Origin: Candidatus Borrarchaeum weybense
Lineage (GTDB): Archaea; Asgardarchaeota; Sifarchaeia; Borrarchaeales; Borrarchaeaceae
Direction of reading: 5' to 3'
Length of the DNA: 64,000 bases
Assembly (NCBI GenBank): GCA_019057385.1
Contig: JAHQJS010000005.1
Location: forward strand, 224,799-288,798
Under the pieces are notes generated by a model. It was not told the DNA's origin. It was given only the letters and a program-made list of their open reading frames with translations, and made no database searches. Of the stretch, positions 40,621 through 51,421 are shown in pieces (the first letter of the stretch is position 1; each line of letters begins with the position of its first letter). The translations under genes and the position numbers were made by a program.

Positions 40621-42153
40621 CTAATTAGATAGTTGGCTCATTTGGAATAGTTCAACAGTATAGGGTTGGTCAGTAGCTATAATTGAATTAAATTGGTATC
40701 TCTCAGTAAGCAACTGCAAAACTAAGTCATGGATGTTACTATCTACATACGGATCATCAATGAAATAAACTGGTTTATCAGTTATCCAATTTTCGATAAA
40801 AGGTAGTAATTCTCCAGTTATTTCATTTTCAGTTAAAGCACTATAACGAAGATAATATCTTTCATCATATTCTCGTGAAAAATACGGATGAAATAATTTA
40901 TCCCATGTCGCGTCTCCAATTATGAGCGAGTCAGGTTGTGTATTTGTATAAAACAGATCTCTATAGTAGACCAACCTACCCTTAAATGAATAATATTGTG
41001 ACACCATTACAATATTCATAAGCCCTAAAGTTATGAACAATACTAAGAAGAAATAGTAAAACACTTTTTTTGTTTTAATAAAACCAGAAAACCACATAAC
41101 GGCATTAAAACATAAATATGGCAAGATAACAAGCAAATACCTTGAAGATTCGATGAATAGATGCTCTATGTCGAATCTAAGATAAGAGCCACCATAGAAG
41201 ACAAGAAATGTCAAAATCATAAAAAAGCTAATGAAATGGACATCTTCGCCGAACTTTTTCCTAGTATAGAGAAATGCAGTGATAAGTCCAAATGGTGGAA
41301 ATAGATTAAGGATCAAAAAATAGCGAGGTAAGTTGATTAAAAGGCGTAGTGGATTGAAAAAGACCTCTCCAGTTAATTGATAGCCAGTTACAAAAAAATT
41401 TCCAAAGAAATATGAGTTATAAAGCGCAATTATCGATAGGAAGGGAATTAATGGAATATAATGCAGATAAATAGATAATTCACCTAATTTTCTCGTTCTG
41501 ATTTGATTTAGAAGAAACGGAAGCATGAAAAGAATATTAACAAGCTTCAATAAAACTGCAAATCCAAGCGATAGGGAAGAAATCATAAAATAAAGATACT
41601 CATTCTTTTTAGATGCCCTTAGGTAAAAGAAAAAGGAAAGAAGAAGAAATGTTGCAGAAGTAAGGTCACTAAAAAGCGTTCTAGAATAAAAAACCATTGG
41701 AGGGCATAATCCAAGAAAAAAAGCCCCTATTAGACTACATAATCTGTCTTTTGATATTTCCAACACACAAAAATATGTCAAAATAACCGTAAATATTGCA
41801 AAAACTCCATTCATGTAATATATGAAGGGATATCCCCCTATCAAATAAAAAATTGCTATTAGTAGCGATTGTCCTATAGGATATTTTGAAATAAACACGT
41901 TTGGTTTTGTTGTAGGCACAAAATTTCCACTTAAGAGAGGAGATTCCAGTTGGATTGTTATGGGATTTCCTTCGGCAAGTTGAATTGCAGTGAAAATATA
42001 GTAATACTCATCAGGAGAGGTATAGAAGAAAATCTTGCTAACAAAATAAAAAGGAGCACATATCAGAGTTAATATCAGCATGTCTTTTATTCGGAAATCA
42101 ATCTTTGAGAGAGACCTCAAGTTAAATCCCTGTATTCCTTGAATACGCAACAA
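40621..42153 (-). CDS. GT-C fold membrane glycosyltransferase (PMT/ArnT-like)
   Basis: Polytopic membrane protein with PDE..Y, KYP.G, SD and RY motifs. Confidence 0.75.
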   Translation of the reverse strand: MLRIQGIQGFNLRSLSKIDFRIKDMLILTLICAPFYFVSKIFFYTSPDEYYYIFTAIQLAEGNPITIQLESPLLSGNFVPTTKPNVFISKYPIGQSLLIAIFYLIGGYPFIYYMNGVFAIFTVILTYFCVLEISKDRLCSLIGAFFLGLCPPMVFYSRTLFSDLTSATFLLLSFFFYLRASKKNEYLYFMISSLSLGFAVLLKLVNILFMLPFLLNQIRTRKLGELSIYLHYIPLIPFLSIIALYNSYFFGNFFVTGYQLTGEVFFNPLRLLINLPRYFLILNLFPPFGLITAFLYTRKKFGEDVHFISFFMILTFLVFYGGSYLRFDIEHLFIESSRYLLVILPYLCFNAVMWFSGFIKTKKVFYYFFLVLFITLGLMNIVMVSQYYSFKGRLVYYRDLFYTNTQPDSLIIGDATWDKLFHPYFSREYDERYYLRYSALTENEITGELLPFIENWITDKPVYFIDDPYVDSNIHDLVLQLLTERYQFNSIIATDQPYTVELFQMSQLSN

Positions 42154-42258
42154 GCATATTAATTTTTATAAATCTATATAAAATAACATCGTTTGATGCG
42201 ATGAATCTGGTATATACTGTGGGGTGATGTGCCATATTTGCTCTACGGGTGATTTCAA

Positions 42259-43371
42259 ATGAATATTAAGATTCTCACGGCAAATCTTAGGCGTATTGGA
42301 GGTGAACAGAGAGTAGCAATCGAAGAAATCATTGGGCTGAAAAATAAAGGATACAATGTTAAAGGTTACAGTTTTTTAGGCACAAAAGATTTCTGGATTC
42401 TTAAAGGAATACCTATTATCTTTTATCCAAATCTAAAACTTCCTCTCCTCAAACAATCGTTTAATTGCTGGCTCTCATGGTATCTTCCTCCAAAGACTAA
42501 GGGCGATATATTAATATGCCACGGTAATGCTACATTCCCAATAGGTCATAAAATAAAAAATAAACTCTCAAAAATAAAATATATTCCTTATTTTCATACT
42601 TTATATGGTTATGCGCATCCTCTCACATTATTTCGACCATTTAGAAATTTTGCCTTTCATAGAATGGAAAGAAAAATGCTATACAAGGATCTTGTAAATG
42701 CAGACCACATAATTACAAACTCCACGTTTATGACAGATAGATTACTTAATATACACCCAAATTTAACTGCAGAAATTACTGTAATACACCCTGGAGTAAA
42801 AGAACCTAAGAAACCTGAACTACATATACGACGAAAAAAGTTGGGTTTTACTCTCACTAGGATTCACAGAGGTAAACAGCTTGAATTCCTGCTCGAAGTC
42901 ATTAAAGAAATACCAGATATCAAATGGATAATTGCAGGGGCAATAACTCCTCATATAAGAATTATACGGAAAAAAATCTTAGATTTAAAATTAAAAGAAC
43001 GTGTAAAGATACTTCCTTCAATCTCTGAAGAATTATTGGAATATCTTTACTATAGTGCATGTGTTTTCGTCCATGCAAACGTAGAAACTTTTGGGATGCC
43101 TGCATTAGAGGCCCTCGTCCACGGATGTCCAATTGTTCATCCCTATCCTTCTGGCATATGGGATGTCGCTCAAGATGGTATACAAGGATATCAGGTAGAA
43201 CAAAACAATAGAGAAGATTTTGTAGATAAAATAAATAAAATACTAGAGAATCCGCCTCTAAGAGCAAAAATGAGTGAAAAAGGAAAGGATCTAATTAATA
43301 AAGTATCTTGGAACGCGCATTTGGATGCTCTTGAAGATTTAATAAATTCATCAATTTCACCTGCTTCATAA
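42259..43371 (+). CDS. GT4 glycosyltransferase
   Basis: GGE N-terminal loop, ETFGMPALEA motif. Confidence 0.9.
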   Translation: MNIKILTANLRRIGGEQRVAIEEIIGLKNKGYNVKGYSFLGTKDFWILKGIPIIFYPNLKLPLLKQSFNCWLSWYLPPKTKGDILICHGNATFPIGHKIKNKLSKIKYIPYFHTLYGYAHPLTLFRPFRNFAFHRMERKMLYKDLVNADHIITNSTFMTDRLLNIHPNLTAEITVIHPGVKEPKKPELHIRRKKLGFTLTRIHRGKQLEFLLEVIKEIPDIKWIIAGAITPHIRIIRKKILDLKLKERVKILPSISEELLEYLYYSACVFVHANVETFGMPALEALVHGCPIVHPYPSGIWDVAQDGIQGYQVEQNNREDFVDKINKILENPPLRAKMSEKGKDLINKVSWNAHLDALEDLINSSISPAS

Positions 43372-43389
43372 ATCAACAGAGGTGCTTTT

Positions 43390-44499
43390 TTGCGAATCGC
43401 AATCTTTCATGCGAATCTAAATATGGGAGGAGGAGGCGAAAAATGGGTCATGAATGTGGGAAACCTGTTAAAAAAAAGAGGACATGATTTAAGATATTTT
43501 ACGAACGAATATGACCCGGATCTAGCAATCTTTAAAGAATTTGATCGAGAACAAATCGAAATTGTAAAGAATTCACGGGGATTTCAAGGAAAATTCCGAT
43601 CTTTTAGAGAACTTAAATTAATGATGAATGTAGCTAAACGAATCGTAAAATTTAATCCAGAGACAATTATTCTCTCGACAGATCAACATTTGGCACGAAC
43701 ACTCAAAAAATATTGTAAAAAAATAATCATTTCTTATTTTCATACTATGAGCCCCAAAACTCGTGAAAAGTTTTTAACAAGGTTGTATTTGGCTATCCCT
43801 CGTCTTTTAGGATATCAAGATTATTTGTCATCTGATAAATTGATTGCTAACTCATTATATACCGCAAATTTAGTGCGAACGTTTTATCCGAATCTTAACA
43901 TTGAAGTAATATATCCGAGTGTGAATTCTAAAGAAATCACTCCTAATTTCTCGTATAGCCATAATCTTCTTTGTGTAGGAAGAATAGCTCCTTTCAAAAA
44001 CCAAATATTTCTGCTCAAAATATTACCTTATCTCCTTGAAAAACACCCGAATGTACGTTTAGTAATCGCTGGTTATTTTGATCAACAGTATATGAATTAT
44101 CTTGAAGAAATGAACAAGATTATTAAAAATTTAAGACTTGAAGATAATGTGGAAATAAGATTGAATTGTCCTCAAACTGAAATAGACAGTTTAATGAAAG
44201 ACTGTTCGATATTTCTTTCACCATCAATAAATGAATTTTTTGGGATGGTAGTTCTAGAGGCAATGGCTTATGGAAAATGTGTTATTGCACATAATTCTGG
44301 AGGCGTAAGAGAGATAATTACAAATGAATCAGGATTTCTTTTATCAGGGAACTCAAAGGATTGGGCTTTGAAAATGAATATGCTTTTGGAAGATAAAAAT
44401 CGATTGCTTAACATGGGTCATAGTGCAAGGAAACGAGCGGAATGTTTTACATGGGAAAAAACAGTAAATGATTTGGAAAAAATAATGGGCTCACTATAA
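43390..44499 (+). CDS. GT4 glycosyltransferase
   Basis: GGGE, GRI..FK, EFFGMVVLEAMAYG. Confidence 0.9.
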   Translation: MRIAIFHANLNMGGGGEKWVMNVGNLLKKRGHDLRYFTNEYDPDLAIFKEFDREQIEIVKNSRGFQGKFRSFRELKLMMNVAKRIVKFNPETIILSTDQHLARTLKKYCKKIIISYFHTMSPKTREKFLTRLYLAIPRLLGYQDYLSSDKLIANSLYTANLVRTFYPNLNIEVIYPSVNSKEITPNFSYSHNLLCVGRIAPFKNQIFLLKILPYLLEKHPNVRLVIAGYFDQQYMNYLEEMNKIIKNLRLEDNVEIRLNCPQTEIDSLMKDCSIFLSPSINEFFGMVVLEAMAYGKCVIAHNSGGVREIITNESGFLLSGNSKDWALKMNMLLEDKNRLLNMGHSARKRAECFTWEKTVNDLEKIMGSL

Positions 44500-44586
44500 C
44501 GTGAATAACTGTCTTTGTCTTTATCGATGGAGATTGTAAGATATGAATTGTAATATTAGACTACTTAAAACTCATAATAGCACAGG

Positions 44587-45891
44587 ATGAAACTTATGGT
44601 GTGGCGTATTTTCCGCCAATTCATTTTTGGCTCAACAAGTAATGTACTTAATCGGGTAATAGGACTTATTGGTGCGATTATTACCGCGCGACTTTTAGGT
44701 CCAGAGGCTTATGGGCTGCTAGGGATTGTTTTTGCACTAACTCTAACCCTTAATATGCTTGCAGATAGCGGAATTGAACAAGCAATAGTTCATTACGCGG
44801 CAGGCGAAGAAAACGACCTAATGATCGTTTGGTCGGGTTTTATAATTGATTTTTTTATTACCAGTTCTGCCTTTTTGGTTAATGTACTATTTGCAGGCTG
44901 GTTTGCAGTTCAGACACAAAATCCTATAAAGTCACTTACGATACTTGCGGCACTTTACCTGATTCCAAGTGCCTTCGATACATGGAAATCAAGATTGCAT
45001 GCTAAAAAACGAATTGAACTGCTTTCTACAATTTCAGTTGTTAGCACAATAATGCAGACATCCTTCTCCATCGCTTTGATTATTCTAGGTTTTGGTGTTC
45101 AGGGGGCAGTACTAGGCTTCGTAGTTGCAAGGGTAGGCCATACACTACTTTATATGAACTATGGCTTTGGTAAAGGTGAATTTGATCTTAAAATCGTCAA
45201 ACAATTACTCAAATATGGAATACCAAATGGTTTGAGAAATCTGTCTCTGTATACTGTAGGTCGCATAGACCGACTTATACTTGCGTTTTTTGTCACTGCA
45301 TCAGATATTGCGTTTTACGGAATTGCAAATATGATTGGTAGTATGATTCAATTACTTCCTGCAAGCTTTTCTCTAATTATGCTTCCCTACATCTCCGAAG
45401 CGTATAAAAACAACGATTCTCATAAAATTCATGGTAGTTATGCTGCAGGTTTAGTAATTTTTAGCATATGGGGCATTGTTTCGAGCATAGCCGTCTTGAT
45501 TATAGCTGAACCCTTAATTCTGACCGTCTTAGGGCCTGAGTTTCTCCCAGCTATTATTATTTTGAGAATCAGTATATTTGCAGATTTGATGTATTGCCTA
45601 TTTTATGTTATGACTACTACTTTAGATGGTATTCGCCAACCGAAAATAACTTTAATTATAACAGGGGCACAGGCATTAACTACAATCTCATTACTTACAC
45701 TTATCATTCCGTCTTTAGGGATTATTGGAGCAGCATATGTTGATGTTATTGTAAGCATTATTGGTGTCATTTTAGGTTATTTCTATGTCAGAAAACAAAC
45801 ATCTGTTAAGATAAGTCAAAATTTGGGGTATATTAAAGAATTGCTGACGGTTTTAAAGAAAGGGATAAAAATAAATTCTCATGTAGATTGA
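44587..45891 (+). CDS. oligosaccharide flippase (Wzx/MOP family)
   Basis: ARLLGPEAYG, about 12 TM helices, G..GAA motif. Confidence 0.88.
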   Translation: MKLMVWRIFRQFIFGSTSNVLNRVIGLIGAIITARLLGPEAYGLLGIVFALTLTLNMLADSGIEQAIVHYAAGEENDLMIVWSGFIIDFFITSSAFLVNVLFAGWFAVQTQNPIKSLTILAALYLIPSAFDTWKSRLHAKKRIELLSTISVVSTIMQTSFSIALIILGFGVQGAVLGFVVARVGHTLLYMNYGFGKGEFDLKIVKQLLKYGIPNGLRNLSLYTVGRIDRLILAFFVTASDIAFYGIANMIGSMIQLLPASFSLIMLPYISEAYKNNDSHKIHGSYAAGLVIFSIWGIVSSIAVLIIAEPLILTVLGPEFLPAIIILRISIFADLMYCLFYVMTTTLDGIRQPKITLIITGAQALTTISLLTLIIPSLGIIGAAYVDVIVSIIGVILGYFYVRKQTSVKISQNLGYIKELLTVLKKGIKINSHVD

Positions 45892-45902
45892 GGAACTAAA
45901 TA

Positions 45903-46874
45903 ATGCATGAAGATCCTTTTGTGACTATTGGCGTTCCGATTAGAAACGCGATAAACTATCTCGAACGATTTCTAGATGCGCTATATACCATATCATATCC
46001 GAAAAAGTTACAACGTATTGTTTTCGTTGATGCTTCTGATGATGAAACCTATCAACGCTTAATTCAATTTAAAAATAATCATTATCAAGAATACGAATCA
46101 CTTTTAGTAATCCAAGAAAAAGAATATCCCGGTTTTCAACCATATCCTTTAGCTTTACAAAGACTTTCTCAAGCACGCAATATATGTGTAGAAAATGCTA
46201 TTGGAGAATATTTTCTCAGTTTAGATTGCGATGTCATTGTAGAATCTGATGTCATAACAAAATTACTCTCGTATTTTAGTACACCTACTAGAATTGGTGC
46301 AATAGGTATCTCCTATTACAGAAAAAACCTATCATTTTTTGACAGAATAGCGCTTCATCAAGGGAAAAAGGATCTTAGACACGTGGATGCGACTGGTTTG
46401 GGGTGTACAATGTTTAGGATGGACGTTCTCAAATTAGTTGGCAAATTTGATGAGACTAGGTGGGGCATAGATGTCGAAATCTATCAAAGAATTAAGAAAA
46501 AAGGATTTGAAACTTATCTTGATTTTGCTACAATTTATGAACATATTAAGTTGGCAGAGGGGATAGATAATACCTTTGTAGGACTAGTAAAAGACTCTGG
46601 ACGCATATATTCTGAAATAAAGAAAAATAGACCCTTTAATTACATTCGACAGGTTGCATTTTTTTCAATTTATTTAGTAGCGATAGCCTTCGTAATTATA
46701 TCTTACGTTCCGCTGTTGATACTCACAATAATTGGTTTTAGCTTTTATTTCTTAAGAGCACGAGGCATCTTTAGATTGATTAATCCATTCTATTGCTTCT
46801 CAATGGGAATCCTACTAACGTTTTCTTTTTATTATCATTTCCTACTTGATATACTTAATTTTGAAGAATATTAG
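45903..46874 (+). CDS. GT2 glycosyltransferase with C-terminal TM helices
   Basis: VTIGVPIRN, VD.SDD.T, ARN, LDCD. Confidence 0.88.
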   Translation: MHEDPFVTIGVPIRNAINYLERFLDALYTISYPKKLQRIVFVDASDDETYQRLIQFKNNHYQEYESLLVIQEKEYPGFQPYPLALQRLSQARNICVENAIGEYFLSLDCDVIVESDVITKLLSYFSTPTRIGAIGISYYRKNLSFFDRIALHQGKKDLRHVDATGLGCTMFRMDVLKLVGKFDETRWGIDVEIYQRIKKKGFETYLDFATIYEHIKLAEGIDNTFVGLVKDSGRIYSEIKKNRPFNYIRQVAFFSIYLVAIAFVIISYVPLLILTIIGFSFYFLRARGIFRLINPFYCFSMGILLTFSFYYHFLLDILNFEEY

Positions 46875-46896
46875 ATATTTAGAGGTTTATAAACGA

Positions 46897-47871
46897 ATGA
46901 ATGGTCAAAAAACTATTCCCTTAGTAACCATCGCAATGCCTATAAAAAATCGTGAATGGTGTATAGATAGTGTACTAGACGCAATAGTGAAAGATGAGTA
47001 TCCAAAAAAGAGAATACGCTTTGTATTCGTCGATAATATAAGCTCGGACAACACATATGCTATGTTATTAGAATTCAAAAATAATTTTGCTCACGAATAT
47101 GAGGATGTTATTTTATTAAAAGACGACGGCAATCTTCCACAATTAAGAAATATCTGTATTGATAAGAGTTCAGAGTCGGATTTCCTCCTTTTTCTTGACT
47201 CTGATGTGATTGTTAAAGGAAGCAATACAATAAAAAGAATGATTTCGCTCTTTGAAGATGAAACAGTCGGGATGGTATTTATCCCATATCTGCCCAAAGG
47301 TGGAATCACGGAACTACATGATAGAATATGGGCACTAAAAGAAAAAAAAATCCAAAATGTCCAAGAGGTAGGCATGGGACTCACTATGATAAGAACCTCA
47401 GTTATTCCTACAGTTGGTATATTTGACAAAGATTACCATATGACAGAAGATTGCGAATTCTCATCACGGGTTATAGCAAAAGGCTATAAGATTGTTAAGA
47501 TTTCAGAAGATCCAGCAATTCACCTTCATGTTGAACCAATAGATTATTTTCAAAAACTTTTTATGAATATGGCACCTTTTAGGTGGAAAGTCATCAAGAA
47601 GACATACCCTAAGAGATACATCTACAGACTGATATTGTATTCCCTGTTGATTACAAGTATTTTAATAATTCCAATACAATTCCCCCTCACGCTTATTCCT
47701 TTCATCCTAATATTTAGTACAATCTATGTTTTTCATTTAGTTAGAATGCAAACAATATACGGGAAATTGATTGCCCCTCCATTTTTCATTGTTTCAGGCA
47801 TAATACTGACACTTGGAATTTACCGGGTCATGTTAATCGATTTAAAGAACAAGATAAAAGGCGGATTTTAA
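46897..47871 (+). CDS. GT2 glycosyltransferase with C-terminal TM helices
   Basis: VTIAMPIKN, VDN.SSDNT, LDSD, ED motif; paralogue of the upstream gene. Confidence 0.88.
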   Translation: MNGQKTIPLVTIAMPIKNREWCIDSVLDAIVKDEYPKKRIRFVFVDNISSDNTYAMLLEFKNNFAHEYEDVILLKDDGNLPQLRNICIDKSSESDFLLFLDSDVIVKGSNTIKRMISLFEDETVGMVFIPYLPKGGITELHDRIWALKEKKIQNVQEVGMGLTMIRTSVIPTVGIFDKDYHMTEDCEFSSRVIAKGYKIVKISEDPAIHLHVEPIDYFQKLFMNMAPFRWKVIKKTYPKRYIYRLILYSLLITSILIIPIQFPLTLIPFILIFSTIYVFHLVRMQTIYGKLIAPPFFIVSGIILTLGIYRVMLIDLKNKIKGGF

Positions 47872-47932
47872 CTCTATCAAAATCTAAGTACTACGGGTAA
47901 GTGTGAATATCTTTGATGCGGATTTGAGAAAT

Positions 47933-48422
47933 TAATATTTTTTTATTGTGAAAGATATTTCATGTGGTCTAACAAAAGGAAGAGCAAAATAACCGATTTT
48001 AATTGGTTCTAGACTCACTGTTACGCAATATTTTTTTACTTTAGGATTTAATAACTTACACGCCTTATTAAACCAGGTCTTATTAAAGTATGAAAATGGT
48101 AAGGCGCTTTAGCCGTCCCCGACAATTTATGAGGGCATTTTACCTCAATTTCATCTTTACTAACTCTAACTAACTCTTTTATAAACTTAAATGGAGTTTT
48201 AGTATGTTCTATCACATGATAGGAGATAACTTTATCAAAAGTGTCTGCTCTGAAAGGTAAATAGTTACCATCGGCAACAATATCCGCCTTGGTTTTTGTT
48301 ACATCTTTATTCCGTAAGTAGACACCAGCAGGCAAATGGCACGTTTTAATAAACAAATCTACATTAATGTCACCTTTCGGCTCGTCGCCACAGCCAACAT
48401 CAAGTATCATATAGATCAACAA
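47933..48422 (-). pseudogene. class I SAM-dependent methyltransferase, probably frameshifted
   Basis: ILDVGCG, D...LPF...FD and HVIEH motifs; plausible continuation (YFNKTWF..., ...RPHEISFTIKKY) lies in other frames. Confidence 0.55.
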
Positions 48423-48468
48423 TTATTTGTTTTGTGTGAATATTAGTGAGCATGATATATACTCATTT

Positions 48469-49632
48469 TCAGAGTCTTAAGGTCATTAGTTCTAGAATCT
48501 GTTCCCTAAAATTTACTTCATCGTAAATCTGTGCTCTTTTTATAACTGAGTCGCTCTTTTTCCTAAAGAAATCCTCGTCACCAATAACCTTGTCGATATA
48601 TGTGGCTATTTCTGATATATGATTAAATAAAAACCCATATTTTCCTCTTTCCAATATTTCGATTGATCCTCCAGAATTATGATTGATAGGTATGCAACCG
48701 CTTGCCATTGCCTCTACAGTACTAATGCCAAAGTGTTCATTTTGCATTGGATGTACAAATACCTTAGATTGCCCTAGTATTTTTTTCACAGTTTTGAAGG
48801 GTGCATTAGGATAGAATCGAACTCTATTGTCGACTCCAAGTTCCTTACATAGCCTCTTTAGTCTTAGAAAGTAAGTATTCATGGCGGGAATCAATCCACC
48901 TATCAAATTTAATCGAACTTTCGTTTCGCATTCGCTTATTGCTTGTATTGCCAGTTCAAACCTTTTTTCTGGTGTAAACCTTCCTAAAGAAACTACTATA
49001 TCTTCTTTACTAGATCCTGGAGAATACTCAGAGACAGAAACTGGTGGATACACAACCTTGACATCTTTTCTATGCCAAACTTTTTCGACAAATCTTTTAG
49101 TAAACATGCTATTTGCACACACTATATCTGAGAAATCACCGTCAGCAGGTAATACAACTCTTCTTTGAAACAGAAGGTAAAGTTTCCAGTATATGTTATA
49201 TGGAAAACGAAAATATTTCTCAGGAAGAAGTTCTTTTATAGATGTTTCTGCGACGGTGGGAAAATGAACGTATCTTAAAACTTTAGCATTGTATTTTTTA
49301 ACATCGCTCTGTAATGGTTTGATAAATTCCATATCTAGAAAGACACTTTCCGGATGAAATTTCTTTATAGCCTTTCTTATAGGTAAATATGTAATAAGTC
49401 GGTGAAAGATTCCGAAGAGGTTTATATATTTTTTAAGAAGATAAAATTGTTGCGGCTCTTCAATTAAACTTATGCCAAAATTCTTTTCGAAAGTTGCTTT
49501 CGCATTGAATTGAGATGTTGTAGCAATCGCTACATTATGCGCTTTTTGTAAGGCTTCATCGACAACAATTGCACATAACCTTTCTCCTCCACCTTTCGAT
49601 TCGAAAAGATGATGTGCCACCAATATTCTCAG
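48469..49632 (-). CDS. GT4 glycosyltransferase, ALG11-like
   Basis: GGGER, YVHFP, NS.FT, VVYPPV, GRF.PEK, HPMQNEHFGISTVEAMASG; CTG start after GGAGG. Confidence 0.88.
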   Translation of the reverse strand: MRILVAHHLFESKGGGERLCAIVVDEALQKAHNVAIATTSQFNAKATFEKNFGISLIEEPQQFYLLKKYINLFGIFHRLITYLPIRKAIKKFHPESVFLDMEFIKPLQSDVKKYNAKVLRYVHFPTVAETSIKELLPEKYFRFPYNIYWKLYLLFQRRVVLPADGDFSDIVCANSMFTKRFVEKVWHRKDVKVVYPPVSVSEYSPGSSKEDIVVSLGRFTPEKRFELAIQAISECETKVRLNLIGGLIPAMNTYFLRLKRLCKELGVDNRVRFYPNAPFKTVKKILGQSKVFVHPMQNEHFGISTVEAMASGCIPINHNSGGSIEILERGKYGFLFNHISEIATYIDKVIGDEDFFRKKSDSVIKRAQIYDEVNFREQILELMTLRL

Positions 49633-49844
49633 CTAATAATGCCTCCTTAATTAGGAATATCCCATTAATGCTTATTCAGAATTCCTACTTAAGATAATTA
49701 AAGTATTTCTAAGAGAATTTGAGGTTAAAAGAGAAACTTTAAATAGTCAACTACATTAAGTATTCTCCCTTACTTTCTGGGATAAATATCCCATCAGAAA
49801 TGTTTTATGAACATTTATGGCTAATCAAATAAAAAAGGAACTAG

Positions 49845-50312
49845 GTGTCGTTATTGTCATCGTCTTTCAGACATATTATTCGTATAATAGGTACAGATAT
49901 CGATGGAAATAAACGGTTAGACATGGGCTTAACTGATATTCCAGGTGTTGATATTCGGTTATCCCATGCAATATTACATGTAGCTGATATGGACCAAACT
50001 TCAAGAGTTGGTTTTCTTAGCGATCGTGATGTGAAAAAACTTGAAGATATCATTACAGATCCCTCAAATAATGGTATTCCAAAATGGTTGTTAAATCGTC
50101 AAAAGGATCCACACACTGGCGAGGATATACATTTATTAGGCGCTCGACTAAGACTGATGACAAAAACTGATATTGATTTACTGATGAAACTCAAAACATA
50201 TAAAGGTATACGCCATTCGCAAGGACTAAAAGTGAGAGGACAAAGAACAAGGACTACTGGACGGAAAGGCAGAGTTGTTGGAGTGCGCTTGAAGAAAAGA
50301 AGCGGCAGATAA
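49845..50312 (+). CDS. rps13: 30S ribosomal protein S13
   Basis: FRHIIRI.GTD.DG, IP.WLLNRQKD, GLKVRGQRTRTTGR. Confidence 0.97.
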   Translation: MSLLSSSFRHIIRIIGTDIDGNKRLDMGLTDIPGVDIRLSHAILHVADMDQTSRVGFLSDRDVKKLEDIITDPSNNGIPKWLLNRQKDPHTGEDIHLLGARLRLMTKTDIDLLMKLKTYKGIRHSQGLKVRGQRTRTTGRKGRVVGVRLKKRSGR

Positions 50313-50324
50313 AGGTGATGCGTT

Positions 50325-50864
50325 ATGGGTGATCCAAAAAAACCTAAGAAAAAGTATAAGAAACCCTTTCATCCGTGGGGAAAAAATCGAATGGCTATAG
50401 AGCTCGAATTAATCGGTAAGTATGGTCTTCGTAATAAGAAGGAATACTTACGGCATGAGGCGTATCTGAGAAAGATTAGAGAACAAGCTAGGCAAATTTT
50501 AGCTATTCTAGAAACTGATAAAAGAGAGAAAGTAGAAAAGGAAATATTATCAAGATTAGAACGCCTTGGATTGATTCAAACAGAGGCAGTTATTGATGAT
50601 GTCCTTAGTTTAACAACTGAAGATCTTTTAAAACGTCGACTTCAAACTATAGTTTTTAGACAAGGCTTTGCAAAATCTATTCATCATGCGAGACAACTTC
50701 TTCTTCATGGTCACATAGCACTTCGAGGTCAAAAAATAACTTCTCCAAGTCGTCTATTGCTTAAGGAAGAAGCAAAAGAGTTAACGTATGCATCTTCGAG
50801 TCCATATATGGAAGATAGTCACCCAGAACGTCCATCTACACCAATTCCTGAATCAACTGAATAA
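50325..50864 (+). CDS. rps4: 30S ribosomal protein S4
   Basis: [29 protein letters not shown]...HGHI. Confidence 0.97.
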   Translation: MGDPKKPKKKYKKPFHPWGKNRMAIELELIGKYGLRNKKEYLRHEAYLRKIREQARQILAILETDKREKVEKEILSRLERLGLIQTEAVIDDVLSLTTEDLLKRRLQTIVFRQGFAKSIHHARQLLLHGHIALRGQKITSPSRLLLKEEAKELTYASSSPYMEDSHPERPSTPIPESTE

Positions 50865-50890
50865 AAATAGTTTTTCTTGAGGTTAATTAT

Positions 50891-51289
50891 ATGAGTCACA
50901 GAAAAGAACAGAAATGGGGCGTTGCCCATATTTATTCTTCTTATAATGATACAATTGTTCATATAACGGACCTTACTGGTGCTGAAACTATTGCGCGATA
51001 TAGCGGAGGTATGATCGTTAAGGCAGATCGAGAAGAAAGCAGTCCTTACGCTGCCATGCAAGCCGCTTTTAGGGCTGCAAATGAAGCAAGAGATAAGGGT
51101 ATTTCAGCTCTTCATATAACTGTAAGAGCACCGGGTGGTCATGGCGCAAAAACACCAGGCCCAGGCGCACAAGCAGCAATCCGTGCTCTAGCCCGTGCAG
51201 GTATGCGGATTGGTAGAATTGAAGAAGTCACACCAGTTCCTCATGATGGAACTAGACGCCCAGGCGGTCGTCGTGGAAGACGCGTTTAA
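50891..51289 (+). CDS. rps11: 30S ribosomal protein S11
   Basis: [35 protein letters not shown]. Confidence 0.98.
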   Translation: MSHRKEQKWGVAHIYSSYNDTIVHITDLTGAETIARYSGGMIVKADREESSPYAAMQAAFRAANEARDKGISALHITVRAPGGHGAKTPGPGAQAAIRALARAGMRIGRIEEVTPVPHDGTRRPGGRRGRRV

Positions 51290-51421
51290 GAATTTTTTGT
51301 TTTCTAATTACTATTATACTGTAAACACTCTCGAAAATGGAAATACAATTTCCATTCTTGTGTTCTACAAAATGACAATAGTTAATGCAACGATTTTTTA
51401 ATTCTTTAAAGAGAATTAGAA

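Noticed and set aside
47933-48100. Intron explaining the methyltransferase frameshift
   Set aside because: No BHB geometry and two separate shifts are needed; decay or sequencing error is more likely.
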